Shown: piece by piece, positions 22,801 to 29,836 of the stretch | Layout: the number at the start of each line of letters is the position of its first letter | Numbering within the stretch: position 1 is the stretch's first letter | Source: a virus | Lineage: Duplodnaviria > Caudoviricetes | Strand: one strand, 5' to 3' | Virus record (IMG/VR): IMGVR_UViG_3300002231_001522 | Location: 1 to 61,461 of that record | DNA length: 61,461 bases | The notes under the pieces: model-generated | The model's database searches: none | Seen by the model: the letters and a program-made list of their open reading frames with translations, nothing else | What the model was told of the DNA's origin: nothing | Translations under genes and position numbers: made by a program

Positions 22801-23107
22801 ATGGCAAAAGTCAAAAGCAGATATTGAAGGTGAAAAAATTGGATACAAATCTAAGAAACAATTTATATTTTCTTACAAAGGATCAAAATATAAATTCACA
22901 AAAGGAGGTTATGAAACAGCCTCAAAGCAAGTATCTGAATATGAAAATAGAAAATTTGATTCAAATGTATATAAAAATCTTAAACCAGATGAAAAACTAA
23001 AGTATATTAAAGGTATAAATAGAGATTCATGGAGTGACTGGAAGAAAAAAAATAGGCACAAACTCCAACAGTTTACATTTATATACAAAAAGAAAGGTGA
23101 TGATTAA
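10826..23107 (+). CDS. Giant DarB-like polyvalent virion protein: InPase + N6-adenine MTase + SNF2 helicase + zincin metallopeptidase + helical C-terminus
   Basis: 4093 aa; 'QIKAGNYKK..YGYIKGT..HVDVF' (~14020-14450), 'YTGLGG', 'LEPAVGTGNF', 'ISNVPF' (~14650-15250), 'HDTGGGKT', 'DEAH', 'LLTATP', 'QRLGRAVRAGN' (~16960-18580), 'THELIGHFG' (~19655). Confidence 0.9.
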   Translation: MPINENAFDFLLDSNKTDTQNLSIDENAFDNWIEEPVQPVEKAKTDIGTGIVEGLTAGINKIPESDIEINPELKALGEKADIFLQGQRNKKLENLSDRIAEKNGTKQTFEPVDVKPFKTKTKIPLGTPAELRPVMKEIIEKQGQDYTQPLAGPDVSFSDRLKANKLAFKSGLEKHKAKVIGGDIPPYTGERKSDGKKYQDAIDREDTIGEQTLSSKGVKPEQFQYSGVYPTNESLKRLLGDTDNDTKNSVRSYLARNEQSKHIEKAKTLGEESEKLYPYSDRMEKLYATFDQAMGVKGDKTLGSKNIREIQKGWDAGYVDKELNKTIATLAMVSPQKAAELLPVVKDLQGDIQESIDTGDKGVFVKGAQRLARTLEPMMEAMTKQTAAMLIPGVGQTVLVPLAVASTFNEFSGMETGSVFQQLVENGVEPEVAASISVPEGLINAAIESFQVAEPISAGVETFGHTLSSAMSKNLAKYVKNKGIKKASQIPKDLIKHAFPEIIEETIQGGITDGTIEGTKANQMLGKNGFNTIKAAGKGALMSGLTSTPDMIAITALGMMTGGLAGKLKGVSLGNNKNHYNKIKSISESNKSKEEKIKELKRYLQDNPKFMESITSDIADNIMDNVIDLDVKAKNPLKSEPQQAKETIQPQQAKETIQPQQAEDLKTPQQDNVEPLPRKLENDLQTETITPESGEQKQIDTNASKSVDGNVDQEGKNQFRSEPSTIQNEIATKEEEPQSPTNVSSAGEIVINEAAFDDILNDIESSTEDVENNVKKESNKKIKTIRDVKKLTYDTIDKDANIRTKKDKNGELVPVSKNKEITAIAEDGFEHNFDVTVNKKNKVITKDKGLTETGQEQSTLNEINRLKDDVKVELETNPKLVNLSNKEKYFIGKQLNKASEIDKALPKLDVFIKKAKTLIKGEINVKQKANIGKGEKGVTSGQKVEPIGEPKPNRNVSKAKSGSGKEAINEAIPVPESAIEDNRTSNEVQPNTKRVEGLGAAGNNGRTSQGNTGKRLVSETNGRNDITNRKQPIQPKSSESIKQSEPEQLKTPESTQKKPIPSGNHADPTPSSDQIKAGNYKKKHLKRDGMDISIEVEKGENREGIDKNGKKWSTTMTYDYGYIKGTVSSDKEHVDVFIKSDDADLSKVFVVNQTNPDKSYDEPKVMLGFNDSKEAETAYLENYEDGWNNYSDIVEMSMYDFKKWAYDPNKAGPAKVEVIDEKIKSENDNYNLTNAKPISLKRTARKNINKQVKDILAKVKDDPTYKVTDAEKNILRQYTGLGGLDEAVTGRRWQHYTSYPVVKAMYNAIDQSGFTYKKALEPAVGTGNFVGMRPNANWVTVDLDKTNHQIMEILYPDANNYNMSFERLLIDDFDLIISNVPFQADRTKTPVSYRPEIKALHDYFFVESLDKVNDNGIVAFISSTGTMDKMDSSVRKEIISKADVLGAYRLSSEAFEDNASTSVITDIVFLQKRPNGVESIHKDDNEAFVDSVPYSDNTEFNINKYYKLHPEKILGEASVGKIQTAMGKEGLTVTGKPDLSKIVIHPHKYENAEKRTFKFKKNGKYPAKTKEMDKWIKDNNAIAYPDYEFYLDENGKMVLESNRKFNLASEVIDGTLWIKDDVVEFSDTDVKYAVFKKAEGVQVNKIDALMDIEDAAIKFQNTQDDNIANKGIQQVNDYLKKYGNPHKDKILRKYSKTTDTETLYLRLASFIDKEGRPADVFYEQTRYKSGFLKVNEKTGFNERALASENRNGIINISESEFISKNDIKKLNENYSILGKDKDGNYIYQNKVLYLSGNIFDKIDALNELIVAETNKSLQDKMKIQLDELYKILPKQDNLESININGNEEWFSDFADMLPFHIAKNGAGKYDIEPLTPTELSELDIKGDEKWLTEFDNIMEYKVRFPAYGRRRINKKTGSEARKVRKALLIYYRYLNTGRLINFRPKSESISTYKENLNKAYETIAKIKNAIKSKIASSENLSAVENKYNRQYNSHVSPNYMKASYLIQDVIDEMETNLSTPGKKGKLRQNQIEWMTQAYLEGVSLNSHDTGGGKTFAAIGLARILKKRGLAKKPLFVVPPKTLNKWIRETRLLFPDAKIVNLGELYAKKRTEALLNIANKNADFTFISHEGLGQIALKYENLKRYINDIYYTQIKGSAEGLSNKKIIKELESFEQYKEVMKNISSKNDQNIIWERLGFDAMITDEAHAFKNVGVNSRLSNKGVGKPFSVKSGGKLDSVRSYDFRYKTINILENNNNKNVFLLTATPTGNKPLEVYTMLAHMGNIWEQYGIHNVIDFANMFYEFKTIVPATGGEPKEVLAKMINLHKLHSILDRYVSYYPMSEMKWIKVPAKSTQLHHLGRSDEVKDVMNELTARGQMIKGQYRKGTGDDTYTSIYVHGRNASVDPRLYPGGDAEALHATVYHKNRSKNLSNDKIQYAINLMIKRKKNNPDIGQLVFIDNYGKHLSKQKTLEGEPVISEDIQMEIRNELIKRGVPSEQIAIVRDKIFDPKTKKFVSKDDEKGRKKFQEIQDAYQSGDIRFMIGTTKSMGEGINLDYKTGSVYNLDFPHKPGEVDQRLGRAVRAGNSLNNVDVHFFLMGGTFDALSYGMIAKKRGWNRAIWEDKADVLDVTAEMSEGDTPSDKEIEIALIVDPIEREKRKVKYNIDNLNKTIHENNEELINIRASNRYYDSKIAIINAKNIELNNTIQKTQKIMGTEEFKENNKKSQVKIDKINTEIAKTDAKEKGKIATLETRKNNLKQRMTTDSRRIQNAENHIKANDKSIRDYKAIQEEDAERGNKLREKSLEIQIEREAIENKYYQDGKFSISEDMEKQLIAQDELDRIGSETEITKEYFLTDEAKDQYIVEHPELEDMRKNKGSISMNHHVSNKYLPKEVIENIKIIESDTFTFRGEKRRLDSNGLIITDMDSVTVVLKPGLSEQEKSSVLTHELIGHFGFSNLLRNDPKIYKTVMDIFEKDVDLKEAIRREYKEDLAQAELSGGIDAYNDVLLGEWLAHAIDVNDKKNFIQKIYDAVKKLLIKMGWAKPSNIEELMPVLVRELKNTKAHNFSPSVKVTNATNKGYDSAIRFMKKVEVKRLMSKDELVKENLVLEEQAKKDKKRIYTIDRAKQKVIQGVRDHKINVKNYLKYAREYSRLALDPGLNDTFRARLSTMLNSPIWKKLDTPKRQEQAKLQLLNLINHLNSIQRRKGSIDKLFKTLKRSKRAEGKSKKAIRDMLKDVRNKLTNGKGRLDAKFINELETTQIKELTNEINKILAYSKGVQDDFIAGRIEDFEKKAAICETNLRNTQPSKVKELPRGAGDSLFRKVYDSIVGIGASTTETITEELDGMDKTEDNAVMSDVFFQAFHEASNGKLKFMQDLEDKFNKQFKINDIKDLSVVFHSSMKDISKIDKPYTVTDKNGDEHTIHLSGGHRISLYLHGLNEHNTKALKDGIAFDYDYDKKNPIELSEESIEELTSPDMLSDTERKIADFMYSFLNGEAKTELERASDRINGYPMELVDSYFPLHRINVYRDFLIKGSSDLSGTVNQVFIEGAGSFKERKKNAGGSVLIEDAFSAFYNSALLTASYSNYAMPLRYAKQMIHHLRPVARETHRTKYLDALQRYVKRIEGSNRIVGLESYLKSIVGNVAANVLGGNIPVFLRQAGSYALIATEIDSKYWSKAATMIPLTQNGGKQLRDITKRYSPFFRARFESNLINAELGQRAASQQIGKTFGKKLPKTEYATLPIQWMDRATVTRIIQAAKLKIEDTTNLKDDEKWNAIVKLAEDITIRTQPMYSIEYRSEMGANPALWARLTFMFTSATNAVYNTIKRTWLRYKRSNRTPKDKLDLLGRLFACWFSTSLLMTAIDEVADFLKGKWDRDVWKRINRLISRTFSPFYFGDKVAGIVIDSINFLKGDDSFKQTNNRDRNLLSVINQNIFQGFGDVYRSYKDKDLQAGDYQRLLKGSAEIGNAVSILALKGSVPVLNTYRLFDERLKPKWQKSKADIEGEKIGYKSKKQFIFSYKGSKYKFTKGGYETASKQVSEYENRKFDSNVYKNLKPDEKLKYIKGINRDSWSDWKKKNRHKLQQFTFIYKKKGDD
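12746..12811 (+). repeat. 27-bp coding tandem repeat (PQQAKETIQ, ~2.4 copies) in a linker
   Basis: cctcaacaagcgaaagaaacaatacaa twice, then cctcaacaagcg. Confidence 0.9.
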
Positions 23108-23109
23108 TA

Positions 23110-23742
23110 ATGAAAGAAATTACGGCAAATACGTCTGAGGAAATAAGAAAAGGTCTAATTGGTTTAACTATGTTTATTGATAAAGATTCCGATTCTTTAG
23201 TTCGTGTAATTAGTGATTATGGTAGTTCTGTCCCATCTTATCAACAAATGAACGAAGATAATAGTTCTCTTTTTAATGAATATCCAAATTTAGGATATTT
23301 TGTGGAAGATGATAAAACCGTAAGACAAAGATATTCTAATGGTGATACTGTTGAAGTTACTAAAGAATTAGATATAGGTTATGTCGTTAGTTTTGACTAT
23401 GAAGACTCAAAACCTTGGCTTGATATTACTGTTGACAAGTATGATGTGGATTGGAATCCGAATAAGGCAGACCCTAATATCGATAAGATTATAATGACTT
23501 TAAAAATGTTAAATGCAGATAAGACTTTGAACACAGATTACAATGGTATAATTAAAGTTCCAATTCTTACTCCAAGAGGCGTTATCCCTATTAAGGCTGA
23601 AATTAAAAACGGAATATGTGTAAGGGATTTTACTCCTCTTTATATGGGAGAATATGTTTATCCTGCATTTTCAAGAAAAATTAATGGGTATAGAGTTAAT
23701 AATCAATTTAAGATTGATTCATGTTTTGACACAAAAATGTAA
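23110..23742 (+). CDS. Hypothetical protein, probably tail-fibre associated
   Basis: 210-aa ORF between the giant protein and fibre-like genes. Confidence 0.5.
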   Translation: MKEITANTSEEIRKGLIGLTMFIDKDSDSLVRVISDYGSSVPSYQQMNEDNSSLFNEYPNLGYFVEDDKTVRQRYSNGDTVEVTKELDIGYVVSFDYEDSKPWLDITVDKYDVDWNPNKADPNIDKIIMTLKMLNADKTLNTDYNGIIKVPILTPRGVIPIKAEIKNGICVRDFTPLYMGEYVYPAFSRKINGYRVNNQFKIDSCFDTKM

Positions 23743-23745
23743 ATT

Positions 23746-24783
23746 ATGGCAAAGAAAAAACAAACACAAAAAGGTATATACAGTTTAACTGGCACATCTA
23801 ACGTTATTACTATCAATTCAAGTGCAATGACCCACAGTATTGTAGAAGGTCAGGTAATAGGTAACGGTGGGGCTATAACCGATATGGCAAATCTTGGTGT
23901 TTCTATACAACAAATTTCAGATACCCAAATAAAATTAGAAAGATACGCTTCATATTCTGGCTCAGTAACTATACATTGGCAAATTGTTGAGTATGATTCA
24001 AATGTTACGGTTCAAAGAGGTTCTGCCTCAATGGACACAACAAGCGAACTTGTAACTATTTCTACTGTAAATTTAGCAAATACATATTTAAAATGTACTA
24101 CTCGTGGTGGATCTATGCCAACAATGTTAGACGATGGATTAATAGAAGGATATTTCTTTGATGCATCAACTGTGGGTTTTAGATGTTCTTTCCCAAATAT
24201 TACTAATATAGTCGAATGGCAAGTTGTAGAATCTCCAGATTTTAGTGTTCAATCTATCAATGCGATAGCTTCTAACTCTACTTATGACGACATAACTATA
24301 TCGTCAGTAACAACAGCACAAACACGATTAGAAATTTCATACGATAAAGATACCACAAATATAGACACTAACCAGTTACGTGGTGCAAGATTATTAGATT
24401 CTACGACAGTTAGATTAAGTGCTTATGCTTCCGGTGATTGTAGGTTTAGTTTATTTGTTATTTCAGATATAGATATTACAATTCAAAGAGGATGGACGAT
24501 TGTATCCTCTAATATTGTAAATATAGCAATTTTAACTTCGCCAATATTAGATAGCATGTATCATTGTGTTGGGGCTTATTCATGGTGCGTTATTACTGAT
24601 CCTGGCGGCAATATAGATCAATATGGATTTCATATAATACCTAATAGCGATACTCAAATAGCATTAACTCGTAGAAATACAACTCCTGATGCTGTTGTAT
24701 CATGGGAAGTTGAGACTTTATCTGATGTTGTTAATGTAAATACGTTTATTTGGAACAATATACTAATGATGAAAAGGAGATAA
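23746..24783 (+). CDS. Putative fibre/adhesin with ~80-aa internal repeats
   Basis: Ser/Thr-rich; recurring 'WQIVEY..VQRG', 'WQVVES..VQS', 'IQRG', 'SWEVE' units. Confidence 0.55.
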   Translation: MAKKKQTQKGIYSLTGTSNVITINSSAMTHSIVEGQVIGNGGAITDMANLGVSIQQISDTQIKLERYASYSGSVTIHWQIVEYDSNVTVQRGSASMDTTSELVTISTVNLANTYLKCTTRGGSMPTMLDDGLIEGYFFDASTVGFRCSFPNITNIVEWQVVESPDFSVQSINAIASNSTYDDITISSVTTAQTRLEISYDKDTTNIDTNQLRGARLLDSTTVRLSAYASGDCRFSLFVISDIDITIQRGWTIVSSNIVNIAILTSPILDSMYHCVGAYSWCVITDPGGNIDQYGFHIIPNSDTQIALTRRNTTPDAVVSWEVETLSDVVNVNTFIWNNILMMKRR

Positions 24784-24788
24784 ACTGT

Positions 24789-27191
24789 ATGACAGTTAAA
24801 TATCTACCAAAAATAGAAAGTGGAACTTTAGTAATAAGGTTTGGGCCGTTTCTCGATGCTGATGGTTTTACACCATACGAAACCTCAGTTCCCAGTAGTC
24901 AGATTTTAATATCAAAAGATAACGGGGCGTATGCTTCAAAAAATGATGCAACTAATACAGTCCACGATAGAAAAGGATTTCATACATTAACATTAAATTC
25001 AACAGATTTAAATACATTAGGTGTATTTAATCTTCTTTGGGAAAGCCCTCCTCCAAATGGTTCTTCTCATGCACCGTTGTTTGATGAATACCAAGTTATT
25101 CCAAAAACCGATTACGATCATTGGAAAACAACAGGACAATTACCTGTTAATCGTAAAATTAGTTACCAAGATGTTGTTGATGATAGTACAGTTACTCCAA
25201 CAATAAATTCTTTTGCGTTATTGAATGGTAGTACAGGTGATGACTATTATAATGGTCAAAAGGTTATTGTTAAATATGCAAACGGAAAATCATTTTCAAC
25301 AACAGTAAGTAATTACGTCGGGGCTTCAAAAACTATTACAACAAGTGATAATATGCCGTCTGCACCTTCCGATGGTGATTTTATCACCTTAGAAGATGTT
25401 GATCCTTATTTGGTAGATATTCAAAACCAAATAACATCTAAACTTGATGTAGTTTTATCTACTGTTAGGGATACTATCCTAAAGTATTCAGAAGAAGGCT
25501 TTGCCACAACTGTTGATACAAGTTTTCCACCTACATCTACTCAATTTAAAATAGCGAACGGGAATCCTAATAATAATACATATCTAAACCAAGAAGTATT
25601 GGTTAAGATTGGAGATTACAATAAATTTGCGAATATTTCTGGTTATGATGGGACAACAAAAATACTTACATTAGATTCTGCAATGCCAACACTAACAAAT
25701 GGTATGCAAGTGCTAATTAGACCAAGAAGATTAGCTAATTTAAATGACATTCCGAATACAACGTTATATGATACTTTCAGCAAAAAATTAGCCGATAGAA
25801 GTATAAATATAATTGCATCATCTCCAGCACCAACAACGACTGTGTTTGCTTTAACTTCTGGTTATTCTTCAACAAGTGATGATGTTTATAATGGAATGTT
25901 AATACATATTAATTCAAATCAAACAACATTAGTAGGCGAGATTCTTGATTATGTTGGTTCAACAAGGACAATTACCCTGAAGAAACCATTAAGTGAAGCA
26001 CCTGTAGGCGGCTCTGATGCCACATTAATGCAAATAAGCCCAGCGGACTTAGTCGATGGCTCTATATCCAAAGATACTTATGACAATGTAACCGCTTTTG
26101 CTGTTGAGGATGCTGATGCTGGTAATACCTATTTAGGGAGAACTGGTGCTGGAAATGAAAATCTTGAAACAATAAGAACAGCTATTGATGAAATACCTTC
26201 TTCAGTTAGTACGGAAATAGCACCTTCTAAATACAATGGAGTTTGGTATGACAATGTACATGGAGAAAGTGGAATTAATATAACAGCAGGTATAGGACTT
26301 GAAGGAAGACCTATTGATAATTTAGATGATGTTTTCGCTACAGCAAGTTTTCTACAAATTCGTAAAATAATGATAGCTTCTGGTACAGCAACTATCCTTG
26401 ATAGAGATGTAGATAGATGGAGAATTGAAGGACATGGTAGTATTTTAGATTTTAATAATCATGAAATTTATGGTTCTTTTTTTAAAACTTGTATAATAAC
26501 CGGAACAGCAATATCTGTGGGTGGTTATATTCCACACTTTGAAAATTGTAGTTTTTTAAGTTGTATCTTACCTCCGTGTAATATTATTAAAAGTGGTTTT
26601 TTGGGTAATATAACATTGAATGTTGCAGGAAGCTATGTTTGGGATTCTTGTTATGCTGGTAATTCTGAAAGCATAATTCCAGAGATAACCCTTTCTCCAA
26701 ATGTTGAATTAAAAATTGGTCATTATTCTGGTAATATAATTTTCAAAAACATGGATTCTACCAATAAAATCACGTTAGAGGGGTATGGTCATGTTATTAT
26801 AGATTCGAGTTGTGTCGGTGGAGAGCTTACAGTAAGTGGAAATTTTAAATGCACAGACCAAACTGATACAGGGTTAGGTACAGAACTTGATATGATTGAT
26901 ATTCAAGCTAATGTTTCCATAAATGCTATTAAAGAGACTCTTATCAAAGCCGTAGCTGGTGAAGTCGATGATGCTTCTGTAATGGGTTATTTGAAATTCG
27001 TAACCGCAGGAATATTAGGCAAAATGATTGCAGAAGAAGATGCTGTCACAGGAGAAGTGATAGCAACGTTTGAACCTCCGTTACATGAAAATGATGGAAC
27101 AACAAAATATAAGACAAAAACAGTTAAATCTCAAAACGGTGGTAATTCTGTAATAACTCGAACTCTTGAGGAGCCAACACCATTACCATAA
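24789..27191 (+). CDS. Putative tail fibre/receptor-binding protein
   Basis: Likely start ATG 24789 (AAGGAG RBS); N-terminal Ig-like 'GPFLDADGFTP..SKDNG..TDLNTLG', three 'PT...F.L.....DD.YNG' repeats, then a beta-helix-like region. Confidence 0.6.
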   Translation: MTVKYLPKIESGTLVIRFGPFLDADGFTPYETSVPSSQILISKDNGAYASKNDATNTVHDRKGFHTLTLNSTDLNTLGVFNLLWESPPPNGSSHAPLFDEYQVIPKTDYDHWKTTGQLPVNRKISYQDVVDDSTVTPTINSFALLNGSTGDDYYNGQKVIVKYANGKSFSTTVSNYVGASKTITTSDNMPSAPSDGDFITLEDVDPYLVDIQNQITSKLDVVLSTVRDTILKYSEEGFATTVDTSFPPTSTQFKIANGNPNNNTYLNQEVLVKIGDYNKFANISGYDGTTKILTLDSAMPTLTNGMQVLIRPRRLANLNDIPNTTLYDTFSKKLADRSINIIASSPAPTTTVFALTSGYSSTSDDVYNGMLIHINSNQTTLVGEILDYVGSTRTITLKKPLSEAPVGGSDATLMQISPADLVDGSISKDTYDNVTAFAVEDADAGNTYLGRTGAGNENLETIRTAIDEIPSSVSTEIAPSKYNGVWYDNVHGESGINITAGIGLEGRPIDNLDDVFATASFLQIRKIMIASGTATILDRDVDRWRIEGHGSILDFNNHEIYGSFFKTCIITGTAISVGGYIPHFENCSFLSCILPPCNIIKSGFLGNITLNVAGSYVWDSCYAGNSESIIPEITLSPNVELKIGHYSGNIIFKNMDSTNKITLEGYGHVIIDSSCVGGELTVSGNFKCTDQTDTGLGTELDMIDIQANVSINAIKETLIKAVAGEVDDASVMGYLKFVTAGILGKMIAEEDAVTGEVIATFEPPLHENDGTTKYKTKTVKSQNGGNSVITRTLEEPTPLP

Positions 27192-27218
27192 AATAATCGA
27201 TACTATATAATAGAAGAG

Positions 27219-27246
27219 GGAGGCAATTTTTTAGCCTCCTTTTTTT
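27219..27246 (+). terminator. Intrinsic terminator ending the structural operon
   Basis: GGAGGC-9 nt loop-GCCTCC followed by a T run. Confidence 0.8.
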
Positions 27247-27274
27247 GTGTGGTCTTAAAAAAACAAAATAGTTA

Positions 27275-27303
27275 TTGACTTACAACATTTGTTGTGGTAT
27301 ATT
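27275..27303 (+). promoter_or_regulatory. Sigma70-type promoter with palindromic spacer
   Basis: TTGACT-17 bp-TATATT; spacer contains ACAACA-TT-TGTTGT. Confidence 0.75.
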
Positions 27304-27340
27304 ACAACATAAGGAATTAACATTAACGAAAGGAATATTT

Positions 27341-28261
27341 ATGTTGGGAAGAAGTGTACCTACAGATAATAACGGTGAGCCGTTGCAAGATGGAATATAT
27401 TTCAATGTTCCTGATGCTGAGTATCGAGATTGGGATTGTTTCTCATATTCAATGATAAAGAGTCTTATCATATCGCCTAAACATTTTTTAAATAATCATA
27501 AAAACTTTAAGCCCACAGAAGTGATGGAATTGGGTAATATTTTTGAGACTGAACTACTTGAGCCAGAGAAAATGTCAGAAGTTTGCAGGCAAACTCCAGA
27601 TAAAGCACCAAATGCGAAAGATTTGATGGTCCCGTTTTCACTACGTGTGCCAAAACATAGAGAAATCCTTCAAGAATATAGAGATGGCGGCTATATTCCT
27701 GTCTTTCCAGAAACGATGTCTAAAGTTAAAAAAATGGTTCAATCTGTTAAAACTCTAAAACATCACAAAAAATACCTATTTAAAGGGCAAGCACAAGTTT
27801 CGTTACTTTGGACTTGCCGTGATACTGGTATCCGTTGTAAAGCCCGTTTAGATGTCTATAATCCGCAGATAAACAATGTAACTGATGTAAAGACTACCTC
27901 GTCGGCTTTTGAGGAAAATTGGCGTACTCAGATAGGTAGAATGTATTATCATTGTCAGGCGGCACATTACTTATCTGGATTAGATCATTTACTTAGTGGT
28001 GGTCAAATATTCAGTTGGACTTTTGTAGTTGTTGAAAATGAAGAACCTTACGGGGCAAGAATTTTTCATTTAAGACCTGGTAGTGTATGTACTGGTGCGG
28101 AAACGGTAGGAATTTGTAAAAGAATATATAAAGAAATTCAGGATATTCCGGAAGAGGAATGGCCATGTTATCCTGTTGATGAAGAAATTGATATTGACAT
28201 TAGACCATATTTATTAAGAAGTGACGTTGATGATATGGGAGAGGGAGAAGGTGTATTATAA
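27341..28261 (+). CDS. PD-(D/E)XK exonuclease, RecE/ExoVIII-like (DUF3799-type)
   Basis: 'GIYFNVPDAEY', 'SYSMIK', 'CKARLD', 'DVKTT', 'YHCQAAHY', 'FVVVE'; ATG 27341 after AAGGA. Confidence 0.88.
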   Translation: MLGRSVPTDNNGEPLQDGIYFNVPDAEYRDWDCFSYSMIKSLIISPKHFLNNHKNFKPTEVMELGNIFETELLEPEKMSEVCRQTPDKAPNAKDLMVPFSLRVPKHREILQEYRDGGYIPVFPETMSKVKKMVQSVKTLKHHKKYLFKGQAQVSLLWTCRDTGIRCKARLDVYNPQINNVTDVKTTSSAFEENWRTQIGRMYYHCQAAHYLSGLDHLLSGGQIFSWTFVVVENEEPYGARIFHLRPGSVCTGAETVGICKRIYKEIQDIPEEEWPCYPVDEEIDIDIRPYLLRSDVDDMGEGEGVL

Positions 28262-29091
28262 TGAAAAGCTATGAAGATATATTTGAAGAGTTAAAAGCAC
28301 CGTTTCCAACTAAAGAAATTTATTGGCGGGTGGCTACAAGCCATTTAGACAGTTGGGGAAAATTTAGAGTTTCTATTGTAGCTTATGTAACTGCCAGAGC
28401 TATAAAAAATAGACTAAATAAAGTTCTTGGTATGTGTAATTGGGAAACTTACCACAAGCTGTACACAATTCAAAAAGCGAAAGGGACATACAAGGAAGTG
28501 ATTGCTGGAGATATTTGTACACTCCGAATCCGAAACGGTATTGACCAACCTTGGATAACCAAAGAAGATGGGGCAGGAGTTACAAATCAATCACCATTTA
28601 AAGGTGCTCTTTCTGGTGCAGAGAAGAGAGCCGGTGTTCAATTTGGTATTGGTCTTTATTTGTATGATTTTGAAAGAGATGATCTTTCAATTGATACGAA
28701 TAAAACTGAGTTTACAATTAATGACGACATTTGGTATGGGAAAGAGCCAAAAGATTCTATTGACTGTTCACCAGACAAAAGGGCGGCTTGGAAATATTCA
28801 CCATACCAAGCATTCAGGGATAAAAATAACAAGAACCATTATTTTTACTTTAAAATTCCTCAAATTCCTGATTGGGCATTACCTGAAGAGGAACGTTCAG
28901 ACAATATAGACTCTGTATTTAAAGAATTGAAGTCTTATTGTAAAAATAGTGTAGCTCGTGATATGATGATAAGCGAACTACTAAATTCTTACCCTGGTGG
29001 AGATTTTTATTCCCCTCGTAGATTAGTATTATTAAATGTCGTAGATATAAAAAAACGACTTAAAAACAAACAATTTAACTTTCAGAGGTAG
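28261..29091 (+). CDS. Rad52/Rad22-like (Sak) single-strand annealing protein
   Basis: 'LKAPFP..EIYWRV', 'AYVTARAIKNRLNKVLG..NW', 'KEDG', 'KGALSGAEKRAGVQFGIGLYLY'. Confidence 0.9.
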   Translation: MKSYEDIFEELKAPFPTKEIYWRVATSHLDSWGKFRVSIVAYVTARAIKNRLNKVLGMCNWETYHKLYTIQKAKGTYKEVIAGDICTLRIRNGIDQPWITKEDGAGVTNQSPFKGALSGAEKRAGVQFGIGLYLYDFERDDLSIDTNKTEFTINDDIWYGKEPKDSIDCSPDKRAAWKYSPYQAFRDKNNKNHYFYFKIPQIPDWALPEEERSDNIDSVFKELKSYCKNSVARDMMISELLNSYPGGDFYSPRRLVLLNVVDIKKRLKNKQFNFQR

Positions 29092-29094
29092 ATT

Positions 29095-29319
29095 ATGACA
29101 AAAAATGACATGAACCGAAGGCTTGCTGTACAAATTCGGTATCGGTTAAAAAAAGATAGAAGAACTCAGGCTGAAATTGCTCAATACATTGGGGCTAATA
29201 GGTCTAACTTTTGTCACATGCTAAGTGGAAGAGGAAATTTTTCCGTGTTTCAACTTCAACAGATAGCCGAATTTTTCGGATTAAAACTATCCTCATTACT
29301 AAAGGAATGTAGAATATAA
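29095..29319 (+). CDS. XRE/Cro-family HTH regulator
   Basis: 'TQAEIAQYIGANRSNFCHMLSG...LQQIAEFFG'. Confidence 0.85.
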   Translation: MTKNDMNRRLAVQIRYRLKKDRRTQAEIAQYIGANRSNFCHMLSGRGNFSVFQLQQIAEFFGLKLSSLLKECRI

Positions 29320-29813
29320 TGAGTAAAAAACTTTCAAAGAAAGATAGAATAAAAGCTCAACAAGATGCTTTTGAAAAGGAAAAAACCAAAGCAAATATGG
29401 AACAAAAGATTTCTATATTAAATGACATTGTAGCTCAAGAGGGTGGTTTATATAGGTTTCAGGTATTGTTAGCCGATTTTATGAAAATAAAAAGAGAACA
29501 TCTTATTCAATACATAAATAATAAAAAATTTATGTTTAATAACGAAGAGATGAGAATGGCTACAGCAGTATATGAGGCGGATGGTACTACATGTATAACT
29601 GTTTTTGATAGTAAAGATCTGCCATACGCAAAATTAACTGTTTGTATTCCTGAAGCTTCTGTATGTTTTGATGAAATATTAATTAAAACATGGAGTGAGA
29701 ATAAAGAACTAACAGATTGTATGAGAGATTTTAATTGGATAAAATACGGCGGTAGGAAATACGATTGTCCAAATGGTGTGGAAGCAGAAATTTGGAGAAT
29801 TAAGGGAATTTAA
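29319..29813 (+). CDS. Hypothetical protein
   Basis: 164-aa ORF, TAATG-coupled to the HTH gene. Confidence 0.7.
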   Translation: MSKKLSKKDRIKAQQDAFEKEKTKANMEQKISILNDIVAQEGGLYRFQVLLADFMKIKREHLIQYINNKKFMFNNEEMRMATAVYEADGTTCITVFDSKDLPYAKLTVCIPEASVCFDEILIKTWSENKELTDCMRDFNWIKYGGRKYDCPNGVEAEIWRIKGI

Positions 29814-29836
29814 CAAACTAAAAGAAAGGAATACAC

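Noticed and set aside
23746-27191. Diversity-generating retroelement targeting the fibre genes
   Set aside because: No reverse transcriptase and no TR/VR near-duplicate seen; the repeats are at protein level only
27275-27340. TTG start for the exonuclease
   Set aside because: This TTG is the -35 box; ATG 27341 has an RBS
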